A program made the position numbers and the translations under genes. From an uncultured Verrucomicrobiae bacterium (GTDB lineage Bacteria > Verrucomicrobiota > Verrucomicrobiia > Limisphaerales > JAHDYP01), in contig CAVXWU010000014.1 of assembly GCA_963765535.1 (NCBI GenBank), forward strand, positions 391,963 to 455,962: DNA of 64,000 nt. The letters run 5' to 3'. Position 1 is the first letter of the stretch. Each line of letters opens with the position of its first letter. The notes beneath the pieces are model-generated. The model was not told the DNA's origin, ran no database searches, and saw nothing but the letters and a program-made list of their open reading frames with translations. Shown piece after piece: positions 1-9,391 of this stretch.

Positions 1-842
1 GCCGGGAACAGCGACAAGCCCGCCTTCGTTCCCCAGATATCAATCCCCTTCTCGCGCGTTTCCACCCCGACCTGGGCTGCCCAGGCCGACTCCAGCATCA
101 CGGTCCGGCCCCCGTTCAACCGGAGGAACACCGCACCGAAATCCTCGACGTCGAAGGTCCGCTTCGGCTCGACCTCGCCACTGCCATAGACCGTCTCACC
201 CAACCCGCGAGGACCGAACCTGGCGCTCGCCACGGCACTCACTGTCTTCACATCGAACTCGTTTAACAAAAAGAGGCACGTGTCCAGGATCCGGGAACCG
301 AGATCGGTCAAGCAACCGCCGCCGGAGAATCTTCGCTGGGTATACCAGGAACCGATGCAGGGGATCCCGGCCCGAAGCACCCAGAAACAACGGGCATGGT
401 AGATATCCCCGAGTTCGCCATTCTCGATGACTTGCCGCGCCATCTGGGTTTCTCGATTCAGCCGCAGGCCTTGCGAGACCATGAATACCCGCTTGGTCTT
501 GCGGGCCGCTTCAATCACCCGCGCCGCCTCTTTGACATTCAGTGCCAAAGGCGGCTCCAGCAACACGTGCTTCCGCGCCAGCAACGCGTCCACTGCAATC
601 TGCATATGCTGGTCATTGGGTACCGCCACCAACACCGCATCGATATCCGGTTGATCGAGCAAATCCTGATACCGGGTATAGCTCCGCGATAAACGATACC
701 GATCAGCCGCCTCCTTCGCCCGCCTGGGGTTGCTCTCGGCGATGGCCACCGCCGTCGCCTGCGTGCAGTGCAACAGACTGTTCAACTGCAACAGACCCCG
801 GGCACCGGTTCCAATTACTCCACATCGCAATCGCTCTGGCAT
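1..842 (-). CDS. Gfo/Idh/MocA family NAD(P)-dependent oxidoreductase (partial, C-terminus runs off window start)
   Basis: Absent from the ORF track because it is open at the window edge. Manual minus-strand translation from the ATG at 842 gives MPERLRCGVIGTGARGLLQLNSLLHCTQATAVAIAESNPRRAKEAADRY...AVLVAVPNDQHMQIAVDALLARKHVLLEPPLAL...: an N-terminal Rossmann GxGxxG and typical family spacing. Confidence 0.8.
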   Translation of the reverse strand, partial: MPERLRCGVIGTGARGLLQLNSLLHCTQATAVAIAESNPRRAKEAADRYRLSRSYTRYQDLLDQPDIDAVLVAVPNDQHMQIAVDALLARKHVLLEPPLALNVKEAARVIEAARKTKRVFMVSQGLRLNRETQMARQVIENGELGDIYHARCFWVLRAGIPCIGSWYTQRRFSGGGCLTDLGSRILDTCLFLLNEFDVKTVSAVASARFGPRGLGETVYGSGEVEPKRTFDVEDFGAVFLRLNGGRTVMLESAWAAQVGVETREKGIDIWGTKAGLSLFP

Positions 843-966
843 ACCAAGGCGCAAACCAAGTTGATTAGCTGATTAGTAGGGCTGAAAAATTTCGGCCCTT
901 TAGTAGTTTGTTTTGCTCCTTTGGTCAACGCGAAATCACCTTAATCTTCCTAATCCCAACAACGCG

Positions 967-994
967 TTGACAAATGAATCCCTTTCGCTAGGCT
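967..994 (+). promoter_or_regulatory. Candidate sigma70-like promoter upstream of rpsT (TTGACA-16 nt-TAGGCT)
   Basis: TTGACA at 967-972 and TAGGCT at 989-994, about 33 nt upstream of the rpsT ATG. The -35 hexamer overlaps one arm of a 9-bp inverted repeat (GTCAACGCG 924-932 / CGCGTTGAC 963-971). Sequence pattern only. Confidence 0.25.
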
Positions 995-1026
995 TTCTCG
1001 CTTTGAACTGACCGCACTCATATCCT

Positions 1027-1281
1027 ATGCCGAATACCAAGTCCGCCGCCCGTCGTATGCGCAGCAACGCCCGCCGGCGTTCCCATAACAAAAGCATCAA
1101 GAGCCACCTTAAAACCCTGGAAAAGAATTACTTGTCGCTCGCCCGCGCCGGCAAAAAAGAGGACGCATCCGCCGCCCTCCGCTCTGTTACCTCCGCTCTC
1201 GATAAAGCCACCAAGTCAGGCGTCCTCCATTCCAATACCACCTCCCGGAAAAAATCGCGCCTCGCCCTGAAATTAGCCTGA
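1027..1281 (+). CDS. rpsT: 30S ribosomal protein S20
   Basis: 84 aa, MPNTKSAARRMRSNARRRSHNKSIKSHLKTLEK...: basic, with typical S20 N-terminus and length. Confidence 0.95.
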   Translation: MPNTKSAARRMRSNARRRSHNKSIKSHLKTLEKNYLSLARAGKKEDASAALRSVTSALDKATKSGVLHSNTTSRKKSRLALKLA

Positions 1282-1316
1282 CCCTACGGCAGCCCAGATC
1301 GGCTCGAGCCGGCCGC

Positions 1317-2057
1317 ATGCGAATCGTTGGTGTCATCCCCGCGCGCTACGCCTCCTCCCGGTTCCCCGGCAAATCCCTCGCCCTGATTGCCGGCAAGCCC
1401 CTGATCCAGCGAGTCGTTGAACAGTGCCGCCAGGCCCGAGCCCTCGCCGACGTCGTTGTCGCGACCGACGACCACCGCATTGCCCGCGTCGTCGAACCCT
1501 TCTGCCGCGTCGAAATGACGCTTCCCTCCCACGCCAGCGGTTCAGACCGGATCGCCGAGGTCGCCGCGCGTCTTTCCTGCGACGCCCTCATCAATGTCCA
1601 GGGCGATGAACCACTGATTCCGCCCGCGGTTATCGAATTGATCGCCAGCACACTCAAGCAACACCCGGTCACCACCGCCGCTAGCCCGATTCGCACCATG
1701 GCCGATTATGACGATCCCAATGTCGTGAAGGTGGTTCTCAATTCCCAGCACCAAGCCCTCTACTTCTCGCGTCGCACCATCCCTTACGTCCGCGACGCCG
1801 CCACTGGCCCAGCTCAGGCCCAATTGAGCTCATTCCCGTTCCTCAAGCACCTGGGTATCTATGGCTACCAGCGCGATGCCCTCCTGCGCCTGGTCCATCT
1901 CCCGGTCTCCTCGCTCGAAGCCGCGGAAAAGCTCGAACAATTGCGCGCCCTCGAGAACGGCATTCCGATCCTCGTCCTCCAAGTCGATTACGAGAGCCAC
2001 GGGGTCGATACTCCCGAAGATATCCCCAGGATCGAGGCGATTCTTCGAAAGGCTTGA
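1317..2057 (+). CDS. kdsB: 3-deoxy-manno-octulosonate cytidylyltransferase (CMP-Kdo synthetase)
   Basis: 246 aa, MRIVGVIPARYASSRFPGKSLALIAGKPLIQ...NVQGDEPLI...: canonical KdsB motifs. Confidence 0.9.
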   Translation: MRIVGVIPARYASSRFPGKSLALIAGKPLIQRVVEQCRQARALADVVVATDDHRIARVVEPFCRVEMTLPSHASGSDRIAEVAARLSCDALINVQGDEPLIPPAVIELIASTLKQHPVTTAASPIRTMADYDDPNVVKVVLNSQHQALYFSRRTIPYVRDAATGPAQAQLSSFPFLKHLGIYGYQRDALLRLVHLPVSSLEAAEKLEQLRALENGIPILVLQVDYESHGVDTPEDIPRIEAILRKA

Positions 2058-2249
2058 TCACTTCCGCCAAGGTCACCGGCCGGATTTATAGCCGGCTTCG
2101 GCCCCAGGAGCTCCAGATTCGTGCTTCCACACTCCTTGTTCCTTGCCGGGGATGGAAAGAACCCTTAAGTATTCCCGCCAGCGTGATGGACTCGAAAGGT
2201 CGGTGCCACTTCAACAGTCCCACGGGTTCGACACGACTTGCTACGGCCT

Positions 2250-3869
2250 ATGAAGTACATCTTTGTAACCGGCGGTGTGGTCAGTTCCCTGGGCAAGGGA
2301 CTGACGGCAGCCGCGCTGGGAACGCTGCTGGAGAATCGCGGGCTTAAAATTGCCCTGCAGAAGTTTGACCCCTATTTGAACGTCGATCCCGGCACGATGA
2401 ATCCCTATCAGCACGGGGAGGTTTATGTCTTGGACGACGGCGCGGAAACGGACCTGGACCTGGGCCATTACGAACGATTCACCAACGTCAAGCTCACCCG
2501 CTTCAATAACCTCACCAGCGGCCAGGTCTACCAAACGGTCCTCGACAAAGAACGGCGGGGGGATTACCTCGGCAAGACCGTCCAGGTCATCCCCCATGTG
2601 ACTGATGAAATCCAGAATCGGATCTACCAGGTGGCCGAACATACCAAGGCCGACGTCATTATCACCGAGATCGGCGGCACCACGGGTGATATCGAAGGGT
2701 TGCCCTTCCTTGAGGCCATCCGCGAGTTCGCTCTCGAAGTGGGTCACAGTAACGCCCTGTTCATCCACGTCACGTTCGTGCCGTATATCAAGGCCGCCGG
2801 CGAACTGAAAACCAAACCTACCCAGCAATCCGTCGCCAAATTGCGCGAAATCGGAATCGCCCCGCACATCCTGATCTGCCGCTGCGAACGGCCCCTGGAC
2901 AAGGATCTGCGTCAGAAGATTTCCCTTTTCTGCAACGTCCCTTTCGAGGCGGTCGTTGAGGAGAAAGACGTGGATCATAGCATTTATGAAGTCCCCTTGA
3001 TGCTCCAACGCGAACGCCTCGATGAGCTCGTCTGCCGGTTCCTGCACCTCGACACCGGCGTCTCCAACATGACGCATTGGCAGGAAATCATACGCAAAAT
3101 CATCGCCCCGCAAAACCGCGTTCGGATCGGTGTGGTCGGCAAATATATCGACCTCCAGGACGCCTATAAATCGGTCTACGAGGCGATCATGCACGGCGGC
3201 GTTGCCAACGATTGCGGCATCGAGATCGTCAAGGTCGATGCCGAAGAAATTGAACGCGAAGGCACGGACAAAGTGCTCAAAGGCCTCGGCGGGATACTCG
3301 TGCCTGGCGGATTCGGCGAACGCGGCATCGAAGGGAAAATCAAGGCCGCCCGCTATGCCCGCGAACAAAAAGTCCCGTACCTCGGACTCTGCCTGGGCAT
3401 GCAAATCGCCACCATCGAGTTCGCTCGCGATGTGCTCGGACTCCACGGCGCCCACTCTGCCGAGTTCGACTCCCACACCCCTCACCCGGTCATCGCCTTG
3501 CTTAACGAGCAGCGCCAGGTGACCGCCAAAGGCGGAACCATGCGTCTGGGGGCTCAACCCTGCCAACTGATGGTCGGCTCGGCCGCCGCCCGGCTCTACG
3601 GCGCCTTTGTCGTCAATGAACGCCATCGGCATCGATACGAGTTCAATAACCATTACCGCGAGCAATTTGAGAAGAACGGATTCATCATCAGCGGCACTTC
3701 ACCCGATGGTTTGTTGGTCGAACTCATCGAGTTGCCCGATCATCCCTTCTTTATGGCCGCCCAGTTTCATCCCGAATTCCGCAGCAAACCGCACCAGCCC
3801 CATCCCTTGTTCAAGGGCTTCATTGCCGCCGTTCACGCCAGGATTCACCAGAAGTCCTCGAAAAACTGA
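2250..3869 (+). CDS. pyrG: CTP synthase
   Basis: [17 protein letters not shown]... N-terminus, and a glutaminase domain with GLCLGMQ and HRHRYE motifs. Start moved from the TTG at 2238 to the ATG at 2250, which gives the canonical MKYIFVTGG start. Confidence 0.97.
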   Translation: MKYIFVTGGVVSSLGKGLTAAALGTLLENRGLKIALQKFDPYLNVDPGTMNPYQHGEVYVLDDGAETDLDLGHYERFTNVKLTRFNNLTSGQVYQTVLDKERRGDYLGKTVQVIPHVTDEIQNRIYQVAEHTKADVIITEIGGTTGDIEGLPFLEAIREFALEVGHSNALFIHVTFVPYIKAAGELKTKPTQQSVAKLREIGIAPHILICRCERPLDKDLRQKISLFCNVPFEAVVEEKDVDHSIYEVPLMLQRERLDELVCRFLHLDTGVSNMTHWQEIIRKIIAPQNRVRIGVVGKYIDLQDAYKSVYEAIMHGGVANDCGIEIVKVDAEEIEREGTDKVLKGLGGILVPGGFGERGIEGKIKAARYAREQKVPYLGLCLGMQIATIEFARDVLGLHGAHSAEFDSHTPHPVIALLNEQRQVTAKGGTMRLGAQPCQLMVGSAAARLYGAFVVNERHRHRYEFNNHYREQFEKNGFIISGTSPDGLLVELIELPDHPFFMAAQFHPEFRSKPHQPHPLFKGFIAAVHARIHQKSSKN

Positions 3870-3899
3870 TCCCGCGGACGCACCCGCCACCGCGCAGAG

Positions 3900-5186
3900 A
3901 TGACTTATCCCGAGGCCATCGACTTTCTGTATCGCCTGCGCCTGTTCGGGCTCAAGCTGGGCCTGGACAACACGTTGTTCCTCGCCGAGCTCGCCGGCAA
4001 CCCCCATCGCAAGCTCCGGTTCATCCACGCCGCGGGCACCAATGGCAAGGGATCGACCTGCGCGATGCTCGAGGGCATCTACCGCGCTGCCGGACTTCGC
4101 ACCGGGCTTTTTACCTCGCCTCACCTTGTCGGCTTCAGCGAAAGGATCCAGGTCAACCGCCAACCCATCTCCGGCGGCGACGTCGTCCGCCTGGTCGAGC
4201 GCGCCCGCAATCGCCTGGTTCATTTCCCGGAGGATCATCACCCGACTTTTTTTGAGGTCATCGTCGTCCTCGCCCTCGAATACTTCGTCGAACAAGGCTG
4301 CGACCTCGTGATCTGGGAAACCGGTATGGGCGGGCGCCTCGACGCGACCAATATCGTCACCCCACTGGCCAGCATCATCACCAACATCCAGTTCGATCAC
4401 CAAAAATGGCTCGGCGATACCCGCCCCAGCATCGCCGCCGAAAAGGCCGGCATAATCAAATACGAAATCCCCGTGCTCACCTCCACGGACGAACCTGACG
4501 CGCTGGAGGTCATCACCGATATCGCCCGGGCTCAACACGCACCACTCATTCTCGTCGACCGCCAACATTCGGCCTACGCCCAGGCCAGAACCATCGACTT
4601 GCCGCTCGCGGGTGAACATCAACGGCTGAACGCCGCCCTGGCGATCGCCGCCGTCTCTCTCCTCGAATCTCACATTCCGGTCACCCCCGATCAACTCCGC
4701 GCCGGGCTGGAACACGTCCACTGGCCCGGGCGGCTCCAACTCGTCCCGCTTCCGGGCGATCGTCGCGTCCTGTTGGATGGGGCGCATAACCCCGCCGGGG
4801 CGACCGCCCTCCAACAGGCCCTCGATCGGTATTTCCCCCAAACGCCCTGGACCCTGATCTTCGGCAGCCTCCAGGACAAAGATTGGCCGCGCATGGCCGG
4901 GGTCCTGGCGCCCCTGTCCAACCGCATCCTTTGCGTGCCGGTCCGAAGCGAACGCGGTGGCTCACCCGGCGAACTGGCTGCCGCCTGCCGCCAATCCAAC
5001 CCTCGGGCAGCAGTTGATGCCTGCAGCACGGTCCAACAAGCGCTCGATCAATCCGCCACCGATCCCTTCATCGTGGTGGCCGGCTCGCTTTATCTCGTGG
5101 GCGAAGTCATGGAGTTGCTCAAGTTGTCTCCCATGGATATGGGCAGCGAGGCACACCTCAATGAGTCCTTCACCCGGCCTGGCTAG
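3900..5186 (+). CDS. folC: Bifunctional folylpolyglutamate synthase / dihydrofolate synthase
   Basis: 428 aa with a Mur-ligase-type P-loop (HAAGTNGKGST), FTSPHL, and DGAHNPAG near the C-terminal domain. Confidence 0.9.
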   Translation: MTYPEAIDFLYRLRLFGLKLGLDNTLFLAELAGNPHRKLRFIHAAGTNGKGSTCAMLEGIYRAAGLRTGLFTSPHLVGFSERIQVNRQPISGGDVVRLVERARNRLVHFPEDHHPTFFEVIVVLALEYFVEQGCDLVIWETGMGGRLDATNIVTPLASIITNIQFDHQKWLGDTRPSIAAEKAGIIKYEIPVLTSTDEPDALEVITDIARAQHAPLILVDRQHSAYAQARTIDLPLAGEHQRLNAALAIAAVSLLESHIPVTPDQLRAGLEHVHWPGRLQLVPLPGDRRVLLDGAHNPAGATALQQALDRYFPQTPWTLIFGSLQDKDWPRMAGVLAPLSNRILCVPVRSERGGSPGELAAACRQSNPRAAVDACSTVQQALDQSATDPFIVVAGSLYLVGEVMELLKLSPMDMGSEAHLNESFTRPG

Positions 5187-5229
5187 ACCGTTCACCCGGC
5201 GGCACAGGACGCGCCCGCTCAAAGCCGAG

Positions 5230-5257
5230 TTGACGTAAGCCCGTTCAACCCTATAAA
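5230..5257 (+). promoter_or_regulatory. Candidate promoter of the lipid cluster operon (TTGACG-16 nt-TATAAA)
   Basis: TTGACG at 5230-5235 and TATAAA at 5252-5257, 17 nt before the ATG at 5275 (very short leader, no obvious SD). Pattern only. Confidence 0.3.
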
Positions 5258-5274
5258 CGTCCCTGGTTGCTTTC

Positions 5275-6030
5275 ATGAACTTGCCATTAGCGGGAAAAAT
5301 TGCGTTCGTCACGGGGGGAACCCGCGGCATCGGCCGGGCCATCGCACTGAAACTGGCCGAGGCGGGTTGCGACGTCGCCATTCTCTATCATAACAGCCAC
5401 GCCGAAGCCGATTCGCTCTGCGCGGCGCTTCGCGAAATGGGCCGGACGGCCGTGGCCATCCAGGCCGACGTTGGGGATGCACTCAGCCTGGATGAAGCCA
5501 CCACCGCTTTTCGCTCCACGTTCAATCGCGTCGACTTTCTGGTGAGCAACGCGGCCATCGGCGTGTTGCGGCCGACCCTCGAATTAGCCTTGAAACACTG
5601 GCGCCGTTGTCTCGAGACCAATGCCCTGGCACTGAACACCCTGGCGCAACACCTGGTTCCAATCATGGCCCCCGGCGGGCGAATCATCGCCCTCTCCAGC
5701 CTCGGCGCCGCCCGTGCCATCCCGCACTACGCCTTCATCGGGGCCTCCAAAGCCGCCCTCGAATCCCTCGTCCGCAGTCTCGCGCAGGAACTTGGGCCTC
5801 GACGCATCGCGGTGAATGTCGTCAGCGCTGGAGTAGTGGATACGGATGCATTGGCGCATTTCCCAAACCGCGAAGAATTGCTGGCGGAATACGCCCGGCG
5901 GACACCGCTCGGGCCCTCGCTGACCCCCGCCGACGTGGCCAATGCGGTGTACTTGCTCTGCCTGCCCGAAGCGGCCATGATCACCGGCCACACCCTGGTG
6001 GTGGATGGCGGTTACTGTATCTCCGGATGA
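5275..6030 (+). CDS. fabL: SDR-family enoyl-[ACP] reductase, FabL-like
   Basis: 251 aa with TGGTRGIGRAIA (TGxxxGIG), NAAIGVLRPTLELALKHW, Y..IGASKAALE, and DTDALAHFPNREELLAEYARRTPLG. From memory these blocks match B. subtilis FabL (YgaA) closely ([39 protein letters not shown]). Confidence 0.75.
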   Translation: MNLPLAGKIAFVTGGTRGIGRAIALKLAEAGCDVAILYHNSHAEADSLCAALREMGRTAVAIQADVGDALSLDEATTAFRSTFNRVDFLVSNAAIGVLRPTLELALKHWRRCLETNALALNTLAQHLVPIMAPGGRIIALSSLGAARAIPHYAFIGASKAALESLVRSLAQELGPRRIAVNVVSAGVVDTDALAHFPNREELLAEYARRTPLGPSLTPADVANAVYLLCLPEAAMITGHTLVVDGGYCISG

Positions 6031-6791
6031 ACAACCCAACCCTGCTCGATGCCGGCCTGAATGGCGGCGTGGCCATTGTGACGGGAGGCAGTCGCGGCAT
6101 CGGCCGCGCCATTGTCCTGCTCCTGGCGGCCTCGGGCATGGAGGTCGTGTTCACCTATCGCGAGAATGCCACCGCCGCAAACGAAGTGGTCGCCGCGGCT
6201 CAAGACTCCAAAGTCATCGCCGTACCCGCCGATGTGCGCGACGCCTCCTCCTGCTCCACGCTCGTCGAGCAGGTCGTCCAGCGCACCGGCAAACTGGATC
6301 TGCTCGTCAATAATGCCGGCGTGATCCGCGACAATCTCCTGGCCCTCCTCCAGGAACAGGACGTTCGCGATGTCCTCGATACCAATGTGGGCGGCGCCTT
6401 TAACATGTGCCGCGCGGCCGTCCCCCACCTCCTGAGCCAGCGCCGCGGAAAAATCGTGAACATCAGCTCCGTCGCCGGTGAAAAGGGCGGACGCGGCCAG
6501 ACCAATTATGCCGCCAGCAAAGGCGCGATCAACGCCCTCACCCGTTCCCTCGCCGTCGAACTTGCCTCCCGCGGCATCCAGGTCAACGCCGTCGCCCCCG
6601 GCGTGATCGAGACCGAGATGTCCCGCGCCGTCCGCGAGCAAGCCGGGGATCAAGTCCAATCGCGCATTCTCCTGCGGCGGATTGGCCGTCCCGAAGAGGT
6701 GGCTTATGCCGTCTGGTTTCTGGCTTCTAAATATGCCGACTATATCACCGGGCAGGTCTTGCACGTGGATGGCGGTTTCAAAATGGAATGA
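6027..6791 (+). CDS. 3-oxoacyl-[ACP] reductase, FabG-like SDR
   Basis: MNNPTLLDAGLNGGVAIVTGGSRGIGRAI...NNAGV...NISSVAGEKGGRGQTNYAASKGAINALT...: classical SDR. The track ORF starts at 5607, but its first 140 aa overlap fabL out of frame. The ATG at 6027 overlaps the fabL stop (ATGA). Confidence 0.8.
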   Translation: MNNPTLLDAGLNGGVAIVTGGSRGIGRAIVLLLAASGMEVVFTYRENATAANEVVAAAQDSKVIAVPADVRDASSCSTLVEQVVQRTGKLDLLVNNAGVIRDNLLALLQEQDVRDVLDTNVGGAFNMCRAAVPHLLSQRRGKIVNISSVAGEKGGRGQTNYAASKGAINALTRSLAVELASRGIQVNAVAPGVIETEMSRAVREQAGDQVQSRILLRRIGRPEEVAYAVWFLASKYADYITGQVLHVDGGFKME

Positions 6792-7240
6792 TGAAAATGA
6801 CCTACAACCCACCAACCCAAGAGGAAATCATGTCCGTATTTCCCAAGGTCGCTGCCACTATGGCCGACGCCTTGGGATGCGATGTGGAAAAAGTAAAGCT
6901 CAACGCCTCGCTGATCGACGATCTTGGCGCCGAATCCATCGATTTCCTCGACATCGTCTTCCGGCTCGAACGCGCCTTCAAGGTCAAGATCCCGCGCGGC
7001 AAGATCGTCGAGGAATCTCGCGGCGATCTCTCGGAGGCCGAGTTCGAAAGTGGTGGCCACGTTACTGCCGCCGGGCTGGATCGGCTCAAGGCCTATCTCA
7101 GCGAAGTGCCACCCGATCGATTCCCCACACCTCTGCCGGTCGCCCATATCCCGCGGCTCTTCACTACTGAAACATTCTGCAAACTCGTCATCCGCCAACA
7201 ACAGGCCGCCCTCGCCGAATCCGGCGGCCAGCAGTCTTGA
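6788..7240 (+). CDS. Acyl carrier protein with long C-terminal extension (150 aa)
   Basis: The phosphopantetheine attachment motif LIDDLGAESIDFLDIVF (D-x-x-x-S-[IL]-D) lies in the first about 75 aa, followed by an about 75-aa non-ACP tail. The ATG overlaps the fabG-like stop (ATGA). Confidence 0.8.
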   Translation: MMKMTYNPPTQEEIMSVFPKVAATMADALGCDVEKVKLNASLIDDLGAESIDFLDIVFRLERAFKVKIPRGKIVEESRGDLSEAEFESGGHVTAAGLDRLKAYLSEVPPDRFPTPLPVAHIPRLFTTETFCKLVIRQQQAALAESGGQQS

Positions 7241-7256
7241 CCCCCGCTACCGTGGC

Positions 7257-8090
7257 ATGAATCCACACTTCCGCGCATTTTCGTTCGTGGATCAAATCAC
7301 ACGCATGGATCGGGGAGGCGGCGCCCGGGGTCGCTACACCGTCCCCCGACAGATCAATGAATTCCCCATTTCATTGGCTGCCGAAGCGGTGGGACAACTC
7401 GCAGCCTGGGCCGCCATGGCCGCCATGGATTTCAGACTTCGGCCCGTTGCCGGCATCGCCGGAAGAGTGGACTTCTTCGCCCCCATCCTCCCCGGAATGG
7501 TCCTTGAGCTGGCCGCCGACCTCAAAACCGCCGACAGCGATGCGGTCTCCTACGACGGCGATGTCCGCTGCGACGGAGAGGTCCTCGTGCAGCTCGAGAA
7601 TTGTGTCGGGCCCATGGTCCAAGTCCGGGATTTTGATGACCCCGCCGGAGTCCGATCACGGTTCGACTTGCTCTGCGCTGGCGGCGCTCCCCCAGGCGCA
7701 TTCAAGGGCATCCCTGTCATTCCTCTAACCCGGACCGGCGGCGAACCCGGCCGATCCATCACCGCCACTCTCGTTGTCCCCGCCGAAGCGCCATTTTTCC
7801 ACGACCACTTTCCCCGTCGCCCTGTCTTTCCGGGAACGCTTCAAATCCAGGCGAATATCGAACTGGCCTCATGGCTGGCGCGTGAACTCCCGCCGGCGAC
7901 CGACGGAATGGCCTGGAAGCCCCGCAGCGTTACCGATGTCAAGCTGCGGACGTTTATTGCCCCGAACGATCATCTCGAACTCGAAGCCCGTTTATCGGAG
8001 TGCGATGACGTGTCGGCCGTCATCTCCCTGCAAACCCGAAAGATGCGGCGCCTCGCGGGCAGCGCCCGAGTCCTGCTCAAACCGCAATAA
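7257..8090 (+). CDS. Double-hotdog FabA/FabZ-like beta-hydroxyacyl-ACP dehydratase
   Basis: Start chosen at the ATG at 7257 (MNPHFRAFSFVDQI...); the track ORF from 6924 overlaps the ACP gene. The C-terminal half carries FFHDHFPRRPVFPGTL (the HxxxxP..PG dehydratase motif). 277 aa is about two hotdog folds. Confidence 0.7.
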   Translation: MNPHFRAFSFVDQITRMDRGGGARGRYTVPRQINEFPISLAAEAVGQLAAWAAMAAMDFRLRPVAGIAGRVDFFAPILPGMVLELAADLKTADSDAVSYDGDVRCDGEVLVQLENCVGPMVQVRDFDDPAGVRSRFDLLCAGGAPPGAFKGIPVIPLTRTGGEPGRSITATLVVPAEAPFFHDHFPRRPVFPGTLQIQANIELASWLARELPPATDGMAWKPRSVTDVKLRTFIAPNDHLELEARLSECDDVSAVISLQTRKMRRLAGSARVLLKPQ

Positions 8091-8095
8091 AAAGC

Positions 8096-9391
8096 ATGAG
8101 CCCCCGACGCAGGATCGCGATCACCGGCATCGGCATGGTCACACCGGTCGGCAATGACGCGCCCACTTCGTGGCGCAACCTCACTGCAGGTCATAGTGGT
8201 GTCGCCGAAATCGCCAGCTTCGACGCCGGCGGCTTCCCAACCCGCATCGGCGCCGAAGTCAAAAACTTCTATGACCATTCCGCGCTCGATCCTAAACTTC
8301 TCAAATTCGCGTCGCGCGCACACCGCTTCGCCCTCGCCGCAGCCGAGGAGGCCCTGACCGATGCGGGCATTCGGCCTGGTCCCGGCAACTTACAGGATTG
8401 GGGCTGCAGCGTCGGTGCCGGTATGATGGTCGTCGGTTTCGAGGAATTGTCCGCCGTTCACAAATTCTGCGGCGCAGGAGAGGAGTTTCGCCCCGGCGGA
8501 TTGCTCGACCCCGATTTTCCCGTGGATCCTGTGGGGTTCTGTCGCAGCCAGACCAACGCGGGCCTCGCTCTGTTGACCCGTCAGTTTCGCATTGGTGGCT
8601 ATTCGACCGCCGTGCATACGGCCTGCGCGTCGGGCGGCCAGGCATTGGGAACCGCCCTCAAAGTTATGCGCCGCGGCCATGCCCGTTTCATGCTGGCCGG
8701 GGGTTACGACTCCATGCTCAATCCCGTCGGCCTTTCCGGCTTTTGCTTGCTCGGCGCGTTGTCCACGGATAATCAGACCCCCCGGCAAGCCAGCCGCCCC
8801 TTCGATGCGACTCGCAACGGTTTCATTCTGGGCGAAGGCGCCGGCTTTCTGGTCCTGGAAGATTGGGACGACGCGAGAAGACGCGGTGCCCGGATCTATG
8901 CGGAGCTTGCCGGCGACGGCAATTCACTGAGCAGCTATCGCATCACCGACTCTCACCCCTCTGGGGACGGACCGATCCAGGCCATGCGGCAGGCCCTTGC
9001 CGATGCAAACCTCGCCCCGAACGAAATCGATTACGTGAACGCGCACGGAACCTCCACGGTCATGAATGATCGCAGCGAATGTGCCGCTCTCCGCGCGGTC
9101 ATGGGAGATCACATCGATCGCGTCGCCGTGAGCTCTACCAAAAGTTGCATGGGCCACCTCATCGCCGCCGCCGGTGCAGTCGAAGCCGGCGTGTGCGCTT
9201 TGGCGATTCATCACGGGCTCGCGCCTGTGAACGCCAACTATGCCAAAGCCGATCCCAATTGCGCGGTTCATCTCGTGCTCGGGAGTTCCCGGACCATGCC
9301 CATCAGAGCCGCGATCTCTAATTCTCTTGGATTCGGAGGTTCCAATAGCTGTCTCGCCTTCCGCCATCCGGCCCAAGTGCCTGCTCCATGA
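8096..9391 (+). CDS. Beta-ketoacyl-[ACP] synthase (FabF/FabB-type KS)
   Basis: 431 aa with the catalytic triad contexts HTACASGGQALG, NAHGTSTVMND and KSCMGHLIAAAG, and a GFGGSN end. Confidence 0.9.
   Translation: MSPRRRIAITGIGMVTPVGNDAPTSWRNLTAGHSGVAEIASFDAGGFPTRIGAEVKNFYDHSALDPKLLKFASRAHRFALAAAEEALTDAGIRPGPGNLQDWGCSVGAGMMVVGFEELSAVHKFCGAGEEFRPGGLLDPDFPVDPVGFCRSQTNAGLALLTRQFRIGGYSTAVHTACASGGQALGTALKVMRRGHARFMLAGGYDSMLNPVGLSGFCLLGALSTDNQTPRQASRPFDATRNGFILGEGAGFLVLEDWDDARRRGARIYAELAGDGNSLSSYRITDSHPSGDGPIQAMRQALADANLAPNEIDYVNAHGTSTVMNDRSECAALRAVMGDHIDRVAVSSTKSCMGHLIAAAGAVEAGVCALAIHHGLAPVNANYAKADPNCAVHLVLGSSRTMPIRAAISNSLGFGGSNSCLAFRHPAQVPAP

Noticed and set aside
2058-2237. tRNA/tmRNA-like 'GGGTTCGAC' segment in the kdsB-pyrG spacer
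   Set aside because: I could not build a cloverleaf or acceptor stem and there is no CCA-proximal pairing. It is an isolated T-loop-like hexamer only.
2241-3665. 474-aa ORF antisense to pyrG. Similar long antisense ORFs occur at 3699-4841, 6012-6815, 21964-23139, 55340-56368, 56417-57394, 44371-45384 and 16847-18004.
   Set aside because: Each lies opposite a gene with unmistakable conserved motifs. Their translations are low-complexity (Gly/Asp/Ala/Arg-rich) with no motifs. These are typical stop-poor shadow frames of high-GC DNA.
5607-6026. N-terminal 140-aa extension of the FabG-like ORF (track ORF 5607..6791)
   Set aside because: The extension overlaps fabL out of frame and is Pro/Arg-rich. 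The ATG at 6027 gives a canonical SDR N-terminus and an ATGA overlap with the fabL stop.
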